32,000 bases of DNA from Pseudodesulfovibrio mercurii (GCF_000189295.2 NC_016803.1:3210001-3242000); one strand, 5' to 3'; counted from the first letter of the stretch, positions 18,199 through 28,508 are shown. The notes: generated from the sequence alone by a model not told the origin. A program made the numbers and translations.

Positions 18199-19263
18199 CT
18201 AGATCCATTTGCGTTTTTTGAAATAGAGCAGCATGCCCACGGCCACCGCGCCCATGCCGCCGAGGAGCACGAAGTAGCCGTAGCGGAACTTCAGCTCGGG
18301 CATGAAGTCGAAGTTCATGCCGTAGAGGCCCGCCAGGAAGGACAGGGGGATGAAGATGGTGGCGAAGATGGTCAGGAACTTCATCACGTCGTTCAGGCGG
18401 TTGCTCACGGCCATGTTGTAGCTGTTCAGGTGGTCGTTGAGCATCTCGCGGTAGGTCTCCACGGCCTCTGCGGTCTGCTCGGCCATGTCGGTCAGGTCGC
18501 GCAGGTACGGGGTGATCTCCTCGGCCACCAGCTCGTTCTCGGTCCTGGCCAGCTTGAGGGCGATCTCCCGGGCCGGGCGCACGGCCCTGCGGATGAAGGC
18601 CATCTCCCGGCGGTAGGTGTTGATCTCCTCGAGCAGTTCCGGGGAGGGGTCGTCCAGGACCTCCTCGTCGAAGGCCTCGATGCGTTCGCCCATGATCTCG
18701 ATGACCTTGAGGTAGTTTTCGAACACGCGGTCGAGCAGGGCGTAGAGCAGGTAGTCCGGGCCGCGCCGCCGCAGCCTGCCGGACTGGTGGCGGATGCGGT
18801 CGCGCACGGGCTCGAACACGTCGCCGGGCTGTTCCTGGAAGGTGATCAGGCAACGGCCGGTGAGCACGCAGGAGAGCTGTTCCGAGATGATCCGGTCGCG
18901 GTCCTCGTTGATGGACAGCATCTTCAGGGTGATGAAGATGAGGTTCGGGTACTCGTCCATCTTGGGCCGGTGCCCGGTGTTGACGATGTCCTCGAGGATG
19001 AGCTCGGGGATGGAGAAGGCCGCGCCCACGCGCCCCATGACCTCGGGCTCGTGCAGACCGTCCACGTTGAGCCAGGAGGTGGTCCTGCTGGTCAGGCAGG
19101 GGGCGAGCACGTCCACGTCGCGGATGATTTCGTCGCGCAGGGTCTCCTCGTCGTAGTCGATGATCCGCAGGCGCGGTTCGGTGACCTTCTGCTGGCCGAC
19201 GAAGATGAGCGATCCCGGCGGCTTGCCTGCCGTCATGTCGTTCTTTTTCAGGAATCTGGCCAT
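18199..19263 (-). CDS. corA: CorA-family magnesium/cobalt transporter
   Basis: 354 aa with C-terminal …FLAGLYGMNF…, the GMN motif between two TM segments. ATG at 19263 with GGAGGAG upstream. The rest of the 619-aa track ORF is antisense to the MscS-family gene. Confidence 0.92.
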   Translation of the reverse strand: MARFLKKNDMTAGKPPGSLIFVGQQKVTEPRLRIIDYDEETLRDEIIRDVDVLAPCLTSRTTSWLNVDGLHEPEVMGRVGAAFSIPELILEDIVNTGHRPKMDEYPNLIFITLKMLSINEDRDRIISEQLSCVLTGRCLITFQEQPGDVFEPVRDRIRHQSGRLRRRGPDYLLYALLDRVFENYLKVIEIMGERIEAFDEEVLDDPSPELLEEINTYRREMAFIRRAVRPAREIALKLARTENELVAEEITPYLRDLTDMAEQTAEAVETYREMLNDHLNSYNMAVSNRLNDVMKFLTIFATIFIPLSFLAGLYGMNFDFMPELKFRYGYFVLLGGMGAVAVGMLLYFKKRKWI

Positions 19264-19402
19264 GGGCTCCTCCGGTTTCCCCTCCGTGCGGACACGGGGA
19301 GCGGTGCATGCTGTCGTTGCCGGGAACGCAAAATATGATATATCGTATCGGCAACGGATGAAACCGTTTTTGCACGGGAAAAAGTCAGGCAGGGAGGATT
19401 GC

Positions 19403-20467
19403 ATGGAGTTCACGGAGACGGCGGGCTGGATCATCCGGGTCCTGCTGGCCCTGGCGGTCGGGGCGGCGGCGTTCACCCTTATCCGGCTGTTCAGCGGAGG
19501 CCGGGCCCGGCGGTGGCGCGACCTGCGCGAGCTGCTTTCCCGGTCCACGAAGCGGCGGGTAATCCTGTTTCTGGCGGTTTTCGCCACGGCCCTGGGCCTG
19601 TCCATCCTGGTGCCGCCGTCCCATCTGCCCGAGGGCTGGTCCGGGCCCGCCGTGACGGCCATGAACACGGCCTGGGTGGTGCTGGCGGCCTGGGCCGCGA
19701 CCCTGGCCCTGTCGGCCATGACCGGCGTGGTCAGCTGGAAGTACGACATGGACATGGAGGACAACCTGGGCGCGCGCGAGGTCCAGACCAAGGTGCGCAT
19801 CCTGCACCGGATCGTCGTGGTCGTGGTCTGGTTCGCGGCGGCCGCGGCCGTGCTCATGCAGTTCGAGCGCTTCCGTCTGCTGGGCGGGACCATGCTGGCC
19901 TCGGCCGGAGTGCTCAGCATCGTGCTCGGCATCTCGGCCCAGAAGACCTTCGGGGCGATCATCGCGGGCATCCAGATCGCCCTGGCCCACCCCGTCAACC
20001 TGGACGACGTGGTCATCGTGGAGGGCGAGTGGGGGCGCATCGAGGAGATCACCTTCACCTACGTGGTGGTCAAGCTCTGGGACCAGCGCCGTCTGGTGGT
20101 GCCGATCACCTATTTCACGGACACCGTGTTCCAGAACTGGACCAAGAAGTCCGCGGAGATCATCGGCTCGGTCTTTCTGCACGTGGACTACGCCACCCCG
20201 CTCGAACCCCTGCGCGCGGAGCTGACCCGGCTGTGCGAGACCTCGGGCGGGCTGTGGAACGGCAAGACCTGCGTGCTCCAGGTGACCGACGCCGGGCCGG
20301 AGACAATGACCCTGCGGGCCATCGTCAGCGCGGCGGACGCGTCCAGGGCGTGGGACCTGCGCTGCCTGGTGCGCGAGGGGCTGATCGGATACCTCAACGG
20401 GCACTATCCCGAGTGTCTGCCCAGGCGGCGGGTGCTGTTGCAGGGCGGCCCGGACCGGGAGGCGTGA
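19403..20467 (+). CDS. Mechanosensitive ion channel, MscS family
   Basis: 354 aa from ATG 19403 (AGGGAGGA upstream). N-terminal TM segments, then the MscS core …LSIVLGISAQKTFGAIIAGIQIALAHPVNLDDVVIVEGEWGRIEEITFTYVVVKLWDQRRLVVP…. Confidence 0.85.
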   Translation: MEFTETAGWIIRVLLALAVGAAAFTLIRLFSGGRARRWRDLRELLSRSTKRRVILFLAVFATALGLSILVPPSHLPEGWSGPAVTAMNTAWVVLAAWAATLALSAMTGVVSWKYDMDMEDNLGAREVQTKVRILHRIVVVVVWFAAAAAVLMQFERFRLLGGTMLASAGVLSIVLGISAQKTFGAIIAGIQIALAHPVNLDDVVIVEGEWGRIEEITFTYVVVKLWDQRRLVVPITYFTDTVFQNWTKKSAEIIGSVFLHVDYATPLEPLRAELTRLCETSGGLWNGKTCVLQVTDAGPETMTLRAIVSAADASRAWDLRCLVREGLIGYLNGHYPECLPRRRVLLQGGPDREA

Positions 20468-20579
20468 CCCGGCGGCCCGGTTGTGGGCCGGGGAAAAAAC
20501 GTGCTACGGTAGCATCGCGTCTTTCCTGGAGAACGGCTCCGGGGAAGGCGGCGCACCGCAAATTCGAACACTGGAGTGA

Positions 20580-20762
20580 ATGGCTATGATGGGATTCGGC
20601 GGATTGCTCGGATTGCTCGTTCTCGTGCTGGACGTGTACGCCCTGGTCAAGATTTTCCAGAGCACGGCGGGCACCGGCTCCAAGGTCCTGTGGATCGTGC
20701 TGGTGCTGATCTTCCCGGTGCTCGGCTTCCTGTTCTGGTTCCTGATGGGGCCCAAGGGATAG
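20580..20762 (+). CDS. Small membrane protein, PLD_N (cardiolipin-synthase N-terminal-like) family
   Basis: 60 aa with two TM segments and the …LDVYALVKIFQS…KVLWIVLVLIFPVLGFLFWFL.G… pattern. The start may be ATG 20586 or 20589 given the position of the GGAG. Confidence 0.6.
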   Translation: MAMMGFGGLLGLLVLVLDVYALVKIFQSTAGTGSKVLWIVLVLIFPVLGFLFWFLMGPKG

Positions 20763-20790
20763 GCCCGGGCGCTCCCGCACCCCCTTCCGG

Positions 20791-21816
20791 TCAGCGCGCC
20801 ATCCGGGCGTCCATGACCATTTCCGAATACTCGTCCACCGAGGCCTGGGCCTGGCGCGGCGCGTCGAATCGGGCGATGTGCATGACCGCGTCGCCCTTGT
20901 AGACCGAGGCCAGGGACTGGTCGCCGATGATCACGCCGTCCTGGGGCGCGGTCAGGTCCGTGGACCGGCCGCCGAAGGGATCATAGATGGTCCCCAGGAC
21001 CTCGCCCCGGGCGACATGCTGGCCGAGCTTGGCCGAGGCCCGGAACAGCCCGCTGGCCGGGGCCCGGCACCAGGTCCGGTCCGTGGCGATCTGGAGCGGC
21101 ACCCGCCCGCGCCTGCGCTTGCCCGCCGGGAGCATGTCCAGGGCCTCGAGCACCGAGGTGATGCCGCGCAGCCCGGCGCGGATGGAAAACTCGTCGAAGC
21201 GCAGGGGTTCGCCCGCCTCGAAGAGCAGGACGCGCACCCCGTTCTCCTTGGCCGCCGCCCGCAGGGACCCCTCCATGCCGGACAGGTCCAGGGCGAGCGG
21301 CGCGCCGAAGGCCTCGGCCATGGCCAGGACCGTCGGGTCCTCCATGTCGCCCCGGATATGCGGCAGGTTCCGGCGGTGGTTGGAGCCGGTGTGCAGGTCG
21401 ATGCCGTAGTCGCAGTGCCGGACCACGTTCTCGAAGAAGACCGAGGCCAGCTCCGAGGCCAGGGAGCCGCCCTCCCGGCCGGGGAAGAACCGGTTCAGGT
21501 CGCGGCGGTCCGGCAGGTAGCGGGTGTTGGCCATGAACCCGTAGATGTTCACGATGGGGATGGCGTACAGGGTCCCGGCCAGGCGGTCCAGCCGCTTCAG
21601 GCGCAGTAGCCGCCGGATGATCTCCACTCCGTTGAGCTCGTCGCCGTGGATGGCCGCGCAGACGAAGAGGGACGGGCCTTGGCGGCGGCCGTGGAAGACG
21701 TGGACCGGCATGACCGAGCCCTGGCGCAGGAAGGTGTCGGGCACGGGCAGGTGCACCGTGGCGCGGGTTCCGGGGAGTACGGTCCTGCCGCCGATGGTCA
21801 CGGATGGTCTGGTCAT
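20791..21816 (-). CDS. Succinylglutamate desuccinylase/aspartoacylase (AstE/AspA, M14-like) family zinc deacylase
   Basis: 341 aa: …VCAAIHGDELNGVEI… (the HxxE zinc motif context), …IDLHTGS…, and a C-terminal beta-domain. GGGGAGGA precedes ATG 21816. It sits directly downstream of rimK. Confidence 0.8.
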   Translation of the reverse strand: MTRPSVTIGGRTVLPGTRATVHLPVPDTFLRQGSVMPVHVFHGRRQGPSLFVCAAIHGDELNGVEIIRRLLRLKRLDRLAGTLYAIPIVNIYGFMANTRYLPDRRDLNRFFPGREGGSLASELASVFFENVVRHCDYGIDLHTGSNHRRNLPHIRGDMEDPTVLAMAEAFGAPLALDLSGMEGSLRAAAKENGVRVLLFEAGEPLRFDEFSIRAGLRGITSVLEALDMLPAGKRRRGRVPLQIATDRTWCRAPASGLFRASAKLGQHVARGEVLGTIYDPFGGRSTDLTAPQDGVIIGDQSLASVYKGDAVMHIARFDAPRQAQASVDEYSEMVMDARMAR

Positions 21817-21848
21817 GGTCTGTCCTCCCCGATTGTTCGCGCGGCGGC

Positions 21849-22754
21849 CTAGCCCTTGCCGCGCGTCTTGGTCTTGCCGGGCTTGGCGTTCTTCTCGATG
21901 AATTCGATGATCTTGCCCGCGATGTCGATGCCCGTGGCCTTTTCGATGCCCTCCAGGCCCGGCGAGGAGTTGACCTCCATGACCACCGGGCCGTGGTTGG
22001 AGCGCAGCAGGTCCACGCCGCAGACGTTCAGCCCCATGATCCGGGCGGCCCGCACGGCCGTGGAGCGCTCCTCCGGGGTGATCTTGATGGGCGCGGCCGA
22101 GCCCCCGCGATGGATGTTCGAGCGGAACTCGCCCTTGCCCGCGGTGCGCCGCATGGCCGCCACCACCTTGCCGCCGACCACCAGACAGCGGATGTCCGTG
22201 CCGCGCGACTCCTTGATGTACTCCTGGACCAGGATGTTGGCGTTGAGCCCCTGGAAGGCCTGGATGACGCTCTCTGCCGCGTGCCGGGTCTCGGCCAGGA
22301 CCACGCCGATGCCCTGGGTGCCCTCCAGCAGCTTGACCACCAGGGGCGCGCCGCCCACCAGGTCGATGAGGTCGCCGGTGAACTTGGTGGAGCTGGCGAA
22401 GCCGGTGACCGGCAGCCCGATGCCCTTGCGCGACAGCAGTTGCAGGCTGCGCAGCTTGTCGCGGGAGCGGGTGATGGCGATGGACTCGTTCAGGCTGTAT
22501 ACGCCCATCATCTCGAACTGGCGCACCACGGCGCAGCCGAAGAAGGTGATGGACGCGCCGATGCGCGGGATGACCGCGTCCACGGCCTCCACCCGCTCGC
22601 CCTTGTAGTGGATGGACGGGCTGTGGGAGGTGATGTTCATGTAGCAGCGCAGGGGATTGATGACCTCCACGACGTGGCCTCGGGTCCGGCCCGCCTCGGC
22701 CAGGGCCGTGGTGGAATAGAGGCTCGCCTTGCGCGACAGGATCACGATTTTCAT
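21849..22754 (-). CDS. rimK: ATP-grasp alpha-L-glutamate ligase RimK (ribosomal protein S6 modification type)
   Basis: 301 aa MKIVILSR…[21 protein letters not shown]…[19 protein letters not shown]…[25 protein letters not shown]…[13 protein letters not shown]…[22 protein letters not shown], a very close RimK pattern. Confidence 0.92.
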   Translation of the reverse strand: MKIVILSRKASLYSTTALAEAGRTRGHVVEVINPLRCYMNITSHSPSIHYKGERVEAVDAVIPRIGASITFFGCAVVRQFEMMGVYSLNESIAITRSRDKLRSLQLLSRKGIGLPVTGFASSTKFTGDLIDLVGGAPLVVKLLEGTQGIGVVLAETRHAAESVIQAFQGLNANILVQEYIKESRGTDIRCLVVGGKVVAAMRRTAGKGEFRSNIHRGGSAAPIKITPEERSTAVRAARIMGLNVCGVDLLRSNHGPVVMEVNSSPGLEGIEKATGIDIAGKIIEFIEKNAKPGKTKTRGKG

Positions 22755-23242
22755 GTGGGCAGATGTCCTTTGTTTCGTTTTGCGTACGCGTTCCTGCCGT
22801 GGGCGCTCCCGGCCTGCATGGACAGGGACGGGTCCACCAGCAGCCGCCCGGACATGGCGTTGCGTCCGAGGAGCATGCGGAACTTCATTTCGTCCCGGTT
22901 GGTCAGGGTCAGTTCGATGGGCCAGGTTCGCCCGGCCAGCAGCAGGGTGGTGGCTATGACATAGCGGTTCTGGCTTTGTCCACCCGAATTGGTGACTTTT
23001 CTGCGGTCCACCAGGGGGGCGGTGCAGGGGATGACCAGGTCGTCGTTTCCCTGCACGGGGTGGACGTTGAAGGCCACGCAGGGCACGCCGTCGCGCTCGA
23101 AGGGCACGACGTCGAAGGCGTGCAGGGCCGAGGTCCGGGCCCCGGTGTCCACCTTGGCCTTGATGGCGGGCACGTCCAGGTCGGGCAGACCGACCCACTC
23201 CCGCCAGCCGATGATCATCTTCGGTTCTTTCGTTTTCTTCAT
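22751..23242 (-). CDS. RimK-associated putative protease (ATP-dependent zinc protease / retropepsin-like DUF785, RimB type)
   Basis: 163 aa: …[31 protein letters not shown]…LGR.A…. Its stop overlaps the rimK ATG (ATGA at 22751-22754). Confidence 0.8.
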   Translation of the reverse strand: MKKTKEPKMIIGWREWVGLPDLDVPAIKAKVDTGARTSALHAFDVVPFERDGVPCVAFNVHPVQGNDDLVIPCTAPLVDRRKVTNSGGQSQNRYVIATTLLLAGRTWPIELTLTNRDEMKFRMLLGRNAMSGRLLVDPSLSMQAGSAHGRNAYAKRNKGHLPT

Positions 23243-23322
23243 GGGCGTCGATTTCGGTTGTCGGCCCGGCCGGAGGGGCGGACCGGTTATGGTTGGAGGC
23301 TCCCCGTATGCGCCAGGATGCG

Positions 23323-25158
23323 TCACAGGTAGAACAAAGGCAACAGGAACGTGTACGCCCCCCACATGATCAGGAGCAGGGGCACGCCCACCTTGAGAAA
23401 GTCCGAGAAGGCGTACTCGCCCGCGTTCATGACCAGCAGGTTGGTCTTGTAGGCCATGGGCGTGGCGTAGCTCATGTTCGCCCCGAAGAGCACGGCCAGG
23501 ACGAAGGGCTCCGGGGGTAGCCCCATCTGTCGGGCGATGGATACGGCGATGGGCGTGCCGATGACCGCCGTGGCGTTGTTGGAGATGATGTTGGTCAGCC
23601 CGGCCATGAGCAGCATCAGGCCGCTCAGGACCATGGTCGGCGAGGCGTTGCCGGACAGGGCCACGAAGACCGAGCCGAGGTATTGGGCACCGCCGGTCCG
23701 GATCATGGCCGTGCCCAGGGCCAGGCTGGTGACCACGATGAGGACGACCTGGACGCTGAGGGCCCGGGTGGCGTCGCGCCAGGTCAGGCAACCGGTCAGG
23801 ATCATGAGCAGGGCGCCCGCCGTGGCGCTGATGGCGATGGGCAGGAGGCCCGCGGCCGCGGCGACGATCACGGCCAGCATGATGGCGACGGCCAGGGGGG
23901 CCTTGCTCGAGTAGGGCAGGTCCATGGTCGAGTCGAGAACCAGCATGTCCGTGTTCCGCTTGAGTTCGGCGATGTTCGGGCGCGGCCCCTGGACGAGCAG
24001 GATGTCGCCCACGCGCAGCAGGATGTCGCCGACGTGGTCCTCGATGCGTTCGTAGCGCTTGCCCGAGCGGTGGATGGCCAGGGCGACGAGCCCAGTGCGG
24101 TCGAAGAAATGGTAGTCGTTCAGGGTGGTCCCCCGGAGCCCGGACCCCTGGAACACGGCGATCTCGGTGATCTGCTGGTCCGCATCGCTGAAGGGGTTGT
24201 CGTCGCTGATGGGCTCGTCCACGGAACCGGCCGGGAACAGGGTGCCGCTCAGCACCCGCTCGAATTCCTTCAGTCTCTCCGGCGTGTCGCTGACCACAAG
24301 GTGGTCGCCGGCGGCCAGCTTCACGTCGGGCAGGAGCATGAGCTTGTTGCCCTCGCCCCGCTCCAGGGCGTCGATTCTCATCTTGTTGCCGGTCAGCTCC
24401 AGGGCCTTGTGCAGGGGGTGGGCGTCCAGGGGGCCGCCCTGGGTCACGGCCAGGTGCGCGGTGAATATCCGGGGCGAGGAGTCGGTCAGGCATATCCTGC
24501 GGTCGGGCAGCAGGCGCGGGGCCACGAGCCAGAGGTAGGCCGCGCCGAGCAGCCCCGCGAGCACGGCCGGTACGGCGAAGTCGAACATGCCGAACGGGGC
24601 CAGCCCCATCTCCATGGCCACGGCCACCACCAGGAGGTTGGTGGAGGTGCCGATGGTCGTGGTCGTGCCGCCGAGCAGGGTGGAGAAGCCCATGGGCATG
24701 AGCACCTTGGCCGCCGGAGTGTCGGTCTTGAGCGACACGCTGATGAGCACCGGCAGGAGCAGGACCACCACGGGCACGTTGTTGATGAAGGCGCTGATGA
24801 ACCCGCCGAGCAGCAGGGTCAGGAGCAGGGACAGGCCCGGACTGACCCGCCAGAACCGGGCCAGGGAGCGGCCCACGGGGTCGAGCGCGCCGGTGCGCAG
24901 GATGCCCTGGCCCGCGATCATCAATGCGCAGACCGCGACCAGGGCCTCGTTGCCGAACCCGAGGAAGAAGTCCACGGCCCGCAGGCGCACGCCGTCCGTC
25001 TCGAAGGGCACGGCCTCGAAGCCCACGGCCAGGCAGACGAGGACGACCAGGCTGGAGGTCTCCAGGGGGAGCCTGTCGCGGCTGAACAGGACCAGGGCCA
25101 GGCCCGTGAGCAGGAGGACGGCGACGGCGTGGGGATTGGGCGGGAGGGGAATGGTCAT
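23323..25158 (-). CDS. SLC13/DASS-family anion permease with two central TrkA_C domains
   Basis: 611 aa from ATG 25158 (AGGAA upstream; a longer ATG at 25221 lacks an SD). Hydrophobic N- and C-terminal halves. The middle holds two RCK_C-like repeats (…[16 protein letters not shown]… and …[16 protein letters not shown]…). Confidence 0.85.
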   Translation of the reverse strand: MTIPLPPNPHAVAVLLLTGLALVLFSRDRLPLETSSLVVLVCLAVGFEAVPFETDGVRLRAVDFFLGFGNEALVAVCALMIAGQGILRTGALDPVGRSLARFWRVSPGLSLLLTLLLGGFISAFINNVPVVVLLLPVLISVSLKTDTPAAKVLMPMGFSTLLGGTTTTIGTSTNLLVVAVAMEMGLAPFGMFDFAVPAVLAGLLGAAYLWLVAPRLLPDRRICLTDSSPRIFTAHLAVTQGGPLDAHPLHKALELTGNKMRIDALERGEGNKLMLLPDVKLAAGDHLVVSDTPERLKEFERVLSGTLFPAGSVDEPISDDNPFSDADQQITEIAVFQGSGLRGTTLNDYHFFDRTGLVALAIHRSGKRYERIEDHVGDILLRVGDILLVQGPRPNIAELKRNTDMLVLDSTMDLPYSSKAPLAVAIMLAVIVAAAAGLLPIAISATAGALLMILTGCLTWRDATRALSVQVVLIVVTSLALGTAMIRTGGAQYLGSVFVALSGNASPTMVLSGLMLLMAGLTNIISNNATAVIGTPIAVSIARQMGLPPEPFVLAVLFGANMSYATPMAYKTNLLVMNAGEYAFSDFLKVGVPLLLIMWGAYTFLLPLFYL

Positions 25159-25298
25159 GGCGGTTCCTGGGCGTCGGGGGCTGGAGGTGGATATCGTTTT
25201 TTCGTCCGTTCGGCCGAGCATAGCAGATTTCGCGGCGTCCGGTAACGGGCCACCGGAGGCCGATTCTAATCGTATTCCGCCCCTCCCCGTTTCATGCT

Positions 25299-28200
25299 AT
25301 GGCGATAGTGCGGCGGCCTCATTTCGCCCCCCTCAGCCCCGGAGCCCCTGGAGGAATGGTGGAATTCACGAATCTTGATCAGTGCATACGGCGCATCGAG
25401 GAACTCGAACACCGCTTGGCGGATTCGGAACGGCGCTGGCGCGGCGTCCTCGAATACATGCCCCACATCGTCCTCAGCCTGGATTCGGAGGGACGGGTGG
25501 TCTTCGCCAACCGGCACCTCCTGGACATGACCGGGTGGACCTTCGAGGAAATACGGGGCAAGAGTTGGTTCGAGCTCTTCCTGCCCGAGGACGTGCGCGA
25601 GGGCATCCGCGAGGTCTTTCTGGCGACCATGGCCCGCCGGGACGTGGGACCGCATTCCTGCCACACCAACGAGATCGTCACCCGCGACGGGCGTCGGCGG
25701 AACGTGTCCTGGTTCAACGTCCTCATCTCGGCCCCGGAGGGCGGCGTGGCCAACGTGACCAGCCTGGGCATCGACCTGTCCGCCCGGGAGGAGGCCAGGG
25801 AGGCCGTCGAGGCTAGCGAGGAACAGCTCAAGCTCGCCCTGGACGCGGCCAAGGACGCGGTCTGGGATCTCGACTGCGACACCAGCGAGGTCTTCGTCAG
25901 CCCGCAGCTGGCCGCCCTGCTGGGCTATGGGTCGGACGCCGTGCCGGGCACCCACGACGGTTGGTTGGGGCTGGTCCATCCATCGGACAGGCCCGGATTC
26001 GAGGAGGCCCTGTGGGGGGCGGTGGAGCGCCGGGGGGCCTTCGACCGCGAGCTGCGCATCCTGGACCGCGACGGGATCTGGAGGTGGGTCCTGGTCCGGG
26101 GCAAGACGGCCGAGTCCGACGACGGCAAGGCCCCGGCGCGCATGGTCGGAACCATCCAGGACGTCCATGCCCGCAAGACCGCCGAAGAGGAGCTGCGCCG
26201 GGCCAAGATGGCCGCCGACCTGGCCAACAGCGCGCTCAAGGTCAACATGGCACACCTGCGCACCCTGATGGAGACCATGCCGGAGCTGGTCTGGGTCAAG
26301 GACGAGGAAGGGGTCTTCCTGTTCTGCAACCACCGCTTCGAGCGGTTGTACGGGGCCAGCGAGGCGGAGATCGTCGGGCGCACGGACTACGACTTCGTGG
26401 ACGCCGACCTGGCGGACTTTTTTCGCGGTCACGACCTGCGGGCCATGAACTCGGGCAGGCCGTGCATCAACGAGGAACAGGTCACCTACCGGGACGACGG
26501 CCACGTGGAGTACCTGGAGACGATCAAGACGCCGCTCTTCGACGACGACGGCAAGCTCATCGGCGTGCTCGGCGTGGCCCGCGACATCACCGAGCGCAAG
26601 CGCATCGCGGACGAGCTCAAGGAGAGCGAACTGCGCTTCAAGGTCCTGCACAACGCCTCCTTCGGCGGCATATTTCTCCACGACCAGGGCGTCCTGCTCG
26701 ACTGCAACCAGGGCCTTTCGGACATCACCGGCTATACCCAGGAGGAGCTGAGCGGCATGGAGGCGCTCGACCTGTTGGCCCCGTCCGCGCGCGACGACGT
26801 CCGGGAAAAGATCCGCGCCCGGTTCGAGCGGCCCTACGAGACCGTGGGGTTGCGCAGGGACGGGACGTGCTATCCCCTCCAGATCGCGGCCAAGAGCATC
26901 CCCTACAAGGGCCGCGTGGTCCGGGTGGTGGAGTTTCGGGACATCACCGAGCGCAAGCGGGCCGAGGACGAGCTCAAGGACAGCGAACGCCGTCACCGGG
27001 TCATCTTCGAGAACTCCCCGCTCGGCATGATCCGCTTCAGCCGGGACGGGCGCATCCTGGACTGCAACGATCGCTTCGTGGAGATGATGGGTTCGAGCCG
27101 GGAGGCGCTCATCGGCTTCCCCATGCTGCGCGCGAGCAACCCGGACATGCGCCGGGCCCTGGCCACGGCCATCGCGGGCAGCCCCTCCGCCTACGAGGAC
27201 TACTACAGCTCGGAGACCGGGCGGCGGGAAACCTTCCTGCACGTCCAGTTCAACCCGGTCAATCCGGGCCAGTCGCCCACCGAGGTCATCGCCACCCTGG
27301 AGGACTTCAGCGAGCGCAAGCGGGACCAGGACGCCCTGCGCCGGGCCAAGGAGCAGGCCGAGGCCTTCAGCCGCTCCAAGACGGAATTTCTGACCAACAT
27401 GAGCCACGAGATACGGACCCCGCTCAACGGGATCATGGGCATGCTCCAGCTCCTGCATTCCACCGGCCTGAGCCGGGAGCAGGCCGAATACAGCGGGGCC
27501 GCCCTGCAATCCTCACGGCGGCTGATGAACCTGCTGACCGACATCCTGGACCTGTCGAGGGTGGAGGCGGGAAAGCTGGTGGTTCGCGCGGTCCCCTTCG
27601 ATCTGGTGGAGACCTGTCGGCAGGTCTGCGACCTGTTCAAGCTGACCTCGGCCCAGTCCGGGGTGACCCTGATCTGCGAACTGGGCGAGAACGTCCCGCG
27701 CCGCGTGATCGGGGACGCCATCCGGCTGCAACAGGTCCTGACCAACCTCCTGGGCAACGCCTTCAAGTTCACGGCCACGGGCTCCATCGTCATGGCCGCG
27801 CACCGGCTGCCGGACGGGCCGTCGAAGGGCTACCGCATCCTTTTTTCCGTGGCCGACACCGGGGAGGGCATCCCGGACGAGAAGGTCGATACCCTGTTCG
27901 ACGCCTTCACCCAGGTCAGCGAGGGGTACACCCGGCGGCACCAGGGGGCCGGGCTGGGGTTGTCCATCTGCCGGAATCTGGTCCGGCTCATGGGGGGGAC
28001 CATGTCCATCGAGAGCGAGGAGGGGGCGGGCACCACCCTGTACGTGGCCCTGCCCTTCGGGGCCGGGGACGACGAGGCTCCCACCGCGGACCGGACCCGG
28101 CCGCGCGCCGGGGGCGCGCTCAGACCCCTGTCCATCCTCCTGGCCGAGGACGAGCGGGTCAACAGCCTGGTCATGAAGCGCCTCCTGGAAAAGGGCGGGC

Positions 28201-28508
28201 ACACCGTGGTCGCCGTGGAGAATGGCGCAGAGGTCCTGGAAACCCTGCGGACCGCCTCCTTCGACGTGATCCTCATGGACATCCAGATGCCGGTCATGGA
28301 CGGAGTGGAGACCGCCCGCGCCATCCGGGCCGGACGGGTCGGCGCGGACCTAACCGACATCCCCATCGTGGCCGTGACCGCCTACGCCATGGTCGGGGAC
28401 CGCGAGAAGTTCCTCAAGGCGGGCATGGACGGCTACGTGGTCAAGCCCATCGAGATGGAGAAGCTGGAACAGGCCCTGGCCGAGGTCTGCCCGGAGTCCG
28501 CCCCATGA
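25299..28508 (+). CDS. Soluble hybrid sensor histidine kinase: five PAS-like repeats, HisKA, HATPase_c and a receiver
   Basis: 1069 aa with no hydrophobic segment. It has repeated PAS units, an H-box NMSHEIRTPLNG, N/G boxes (NLLGNAFKFT; DTGEGI; GAGLGLSI) and a receiver …ILLAEDERVN…ILMDIQMPVMDG…. Alternative start at ATG 25356. Confidence 0.9.
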   Translation: MAIVRRPHFAPLSPGAPGGMVEFTNLDQCIRRIEELEHRLADSERRWRGVLEYMPHIVLSLDSEGRVVFANRHLLDMTGWTFEEIRGKSWFELFLPEDVREGIREVFLATMARRDVGPHSCHTNEIVTRDGRRRNVSWFNVLISAPEGGVANVTSLGIDLSAREEAREAVEASEEQLKLALDAAKDAVWDLDCDTSEVFVSPQLAALLGYGSDAVPGTHDGWLGLVHPSDRPGFEEALWGAVERRGAFDRELRILDRDGIWRWVLVRGKTAESDDGKAPARMVGTIQDVHARKTAEEELRRAKMAADLANSALKVNMAHLRTLMETMPELVWVKDEEGVFLFCNHRFERLYGASEAEIVGRTDYDFVDADLADFFRGHDLRAMNSGRPCINEEQVTYRDDGHVEYLETIKTPLFDDDGKLIGVLGVARDITERKRIADELKESELRFKVLHNASFGGIFLHDQGVLLDCNQGLSDITGYTQEELSGMEALDLLAPSARDDVREKIRARFERPYETVGLRRDGTCYPLQIAAKSIPYKGRVVRVVEFRDITERKRAEDELKDSERRHRVIFENSPLGMIRFSRDGRILDCNDRFVEMMGSSREALIGFPMLRASNPDMRRALATAIAGSPSAYEDYYSSETGRRETFLHVQFNPVNPGQSPTEVIATLEDFSERKRDQDALRRAKEQAEAFSRSKTEFLTNMSHEIRTPLNGIMGMLQLLHSTGLSREQAEYSGAALQSSRRLMNLLTDILDLSRVEAGKLVVRAVPFDLVETCRQVCDLFKLTSAQSGVTLICELGENVPRRVIGDAIRLQQVLTNLLGNAFKFTATGSIVMAAHRLPDGPSKGYRILFSVADTGEGIPDEKVDTLFDAFTQVSEGYTRRHQGAGLGLSICRNLVRLMGGTMSIESEEGAGTTLYVALPFGAGDDEAPTADRTRPRAGGALRPLSILLAEDERVNSLVMKRLLEKGGHTVVAVENGAEVLETLRTASFDVILMDIQMPVMDGVETARAIRAGRVGADLTDIPIVAVTAYAMVGDREKFLKAGMDGYVVKPIEMEKLEQALAEVCPESAP

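Noticed and set aside
19264-19314. Possible Mg2+-sensing riboswitch in the corA leader
   Set aside because: The space between any plausible promoter and the ATG is far too short for an M-box-type element. Only a 5-7-bp hairpin (CCGTG-CGGA-CACGG) is present.
20394-20780. 128-aa minus-strand ORF overlapping the 60-aa PLD_N-like gene
   Set aside because: Its composition is charged and low-complexity with no start signal. The plus-strand 60-aa frame gives two clean TM helices and a family-like pattern.
25255-25281. GGCCGATTC…ATTCCGCC upstream of the SLC13 permease as a third copy of the GCGGATTC-type half-site
   Set aside because: There are only loose matches with mismatches in each arm and different spacing, which is not distinguishable from background.
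25266-27509. 747-aa minus-strand ORF, and the first ~850 residues of the 1235-aa plus-strand ORF 25961-29668
   Set aside because: These are antisense or off-frame readings of the PAS kinase gene with low-complexity composition. Only the last 387 codons of the 1235-aa ORF (from ATG 28505) form a credible protein.
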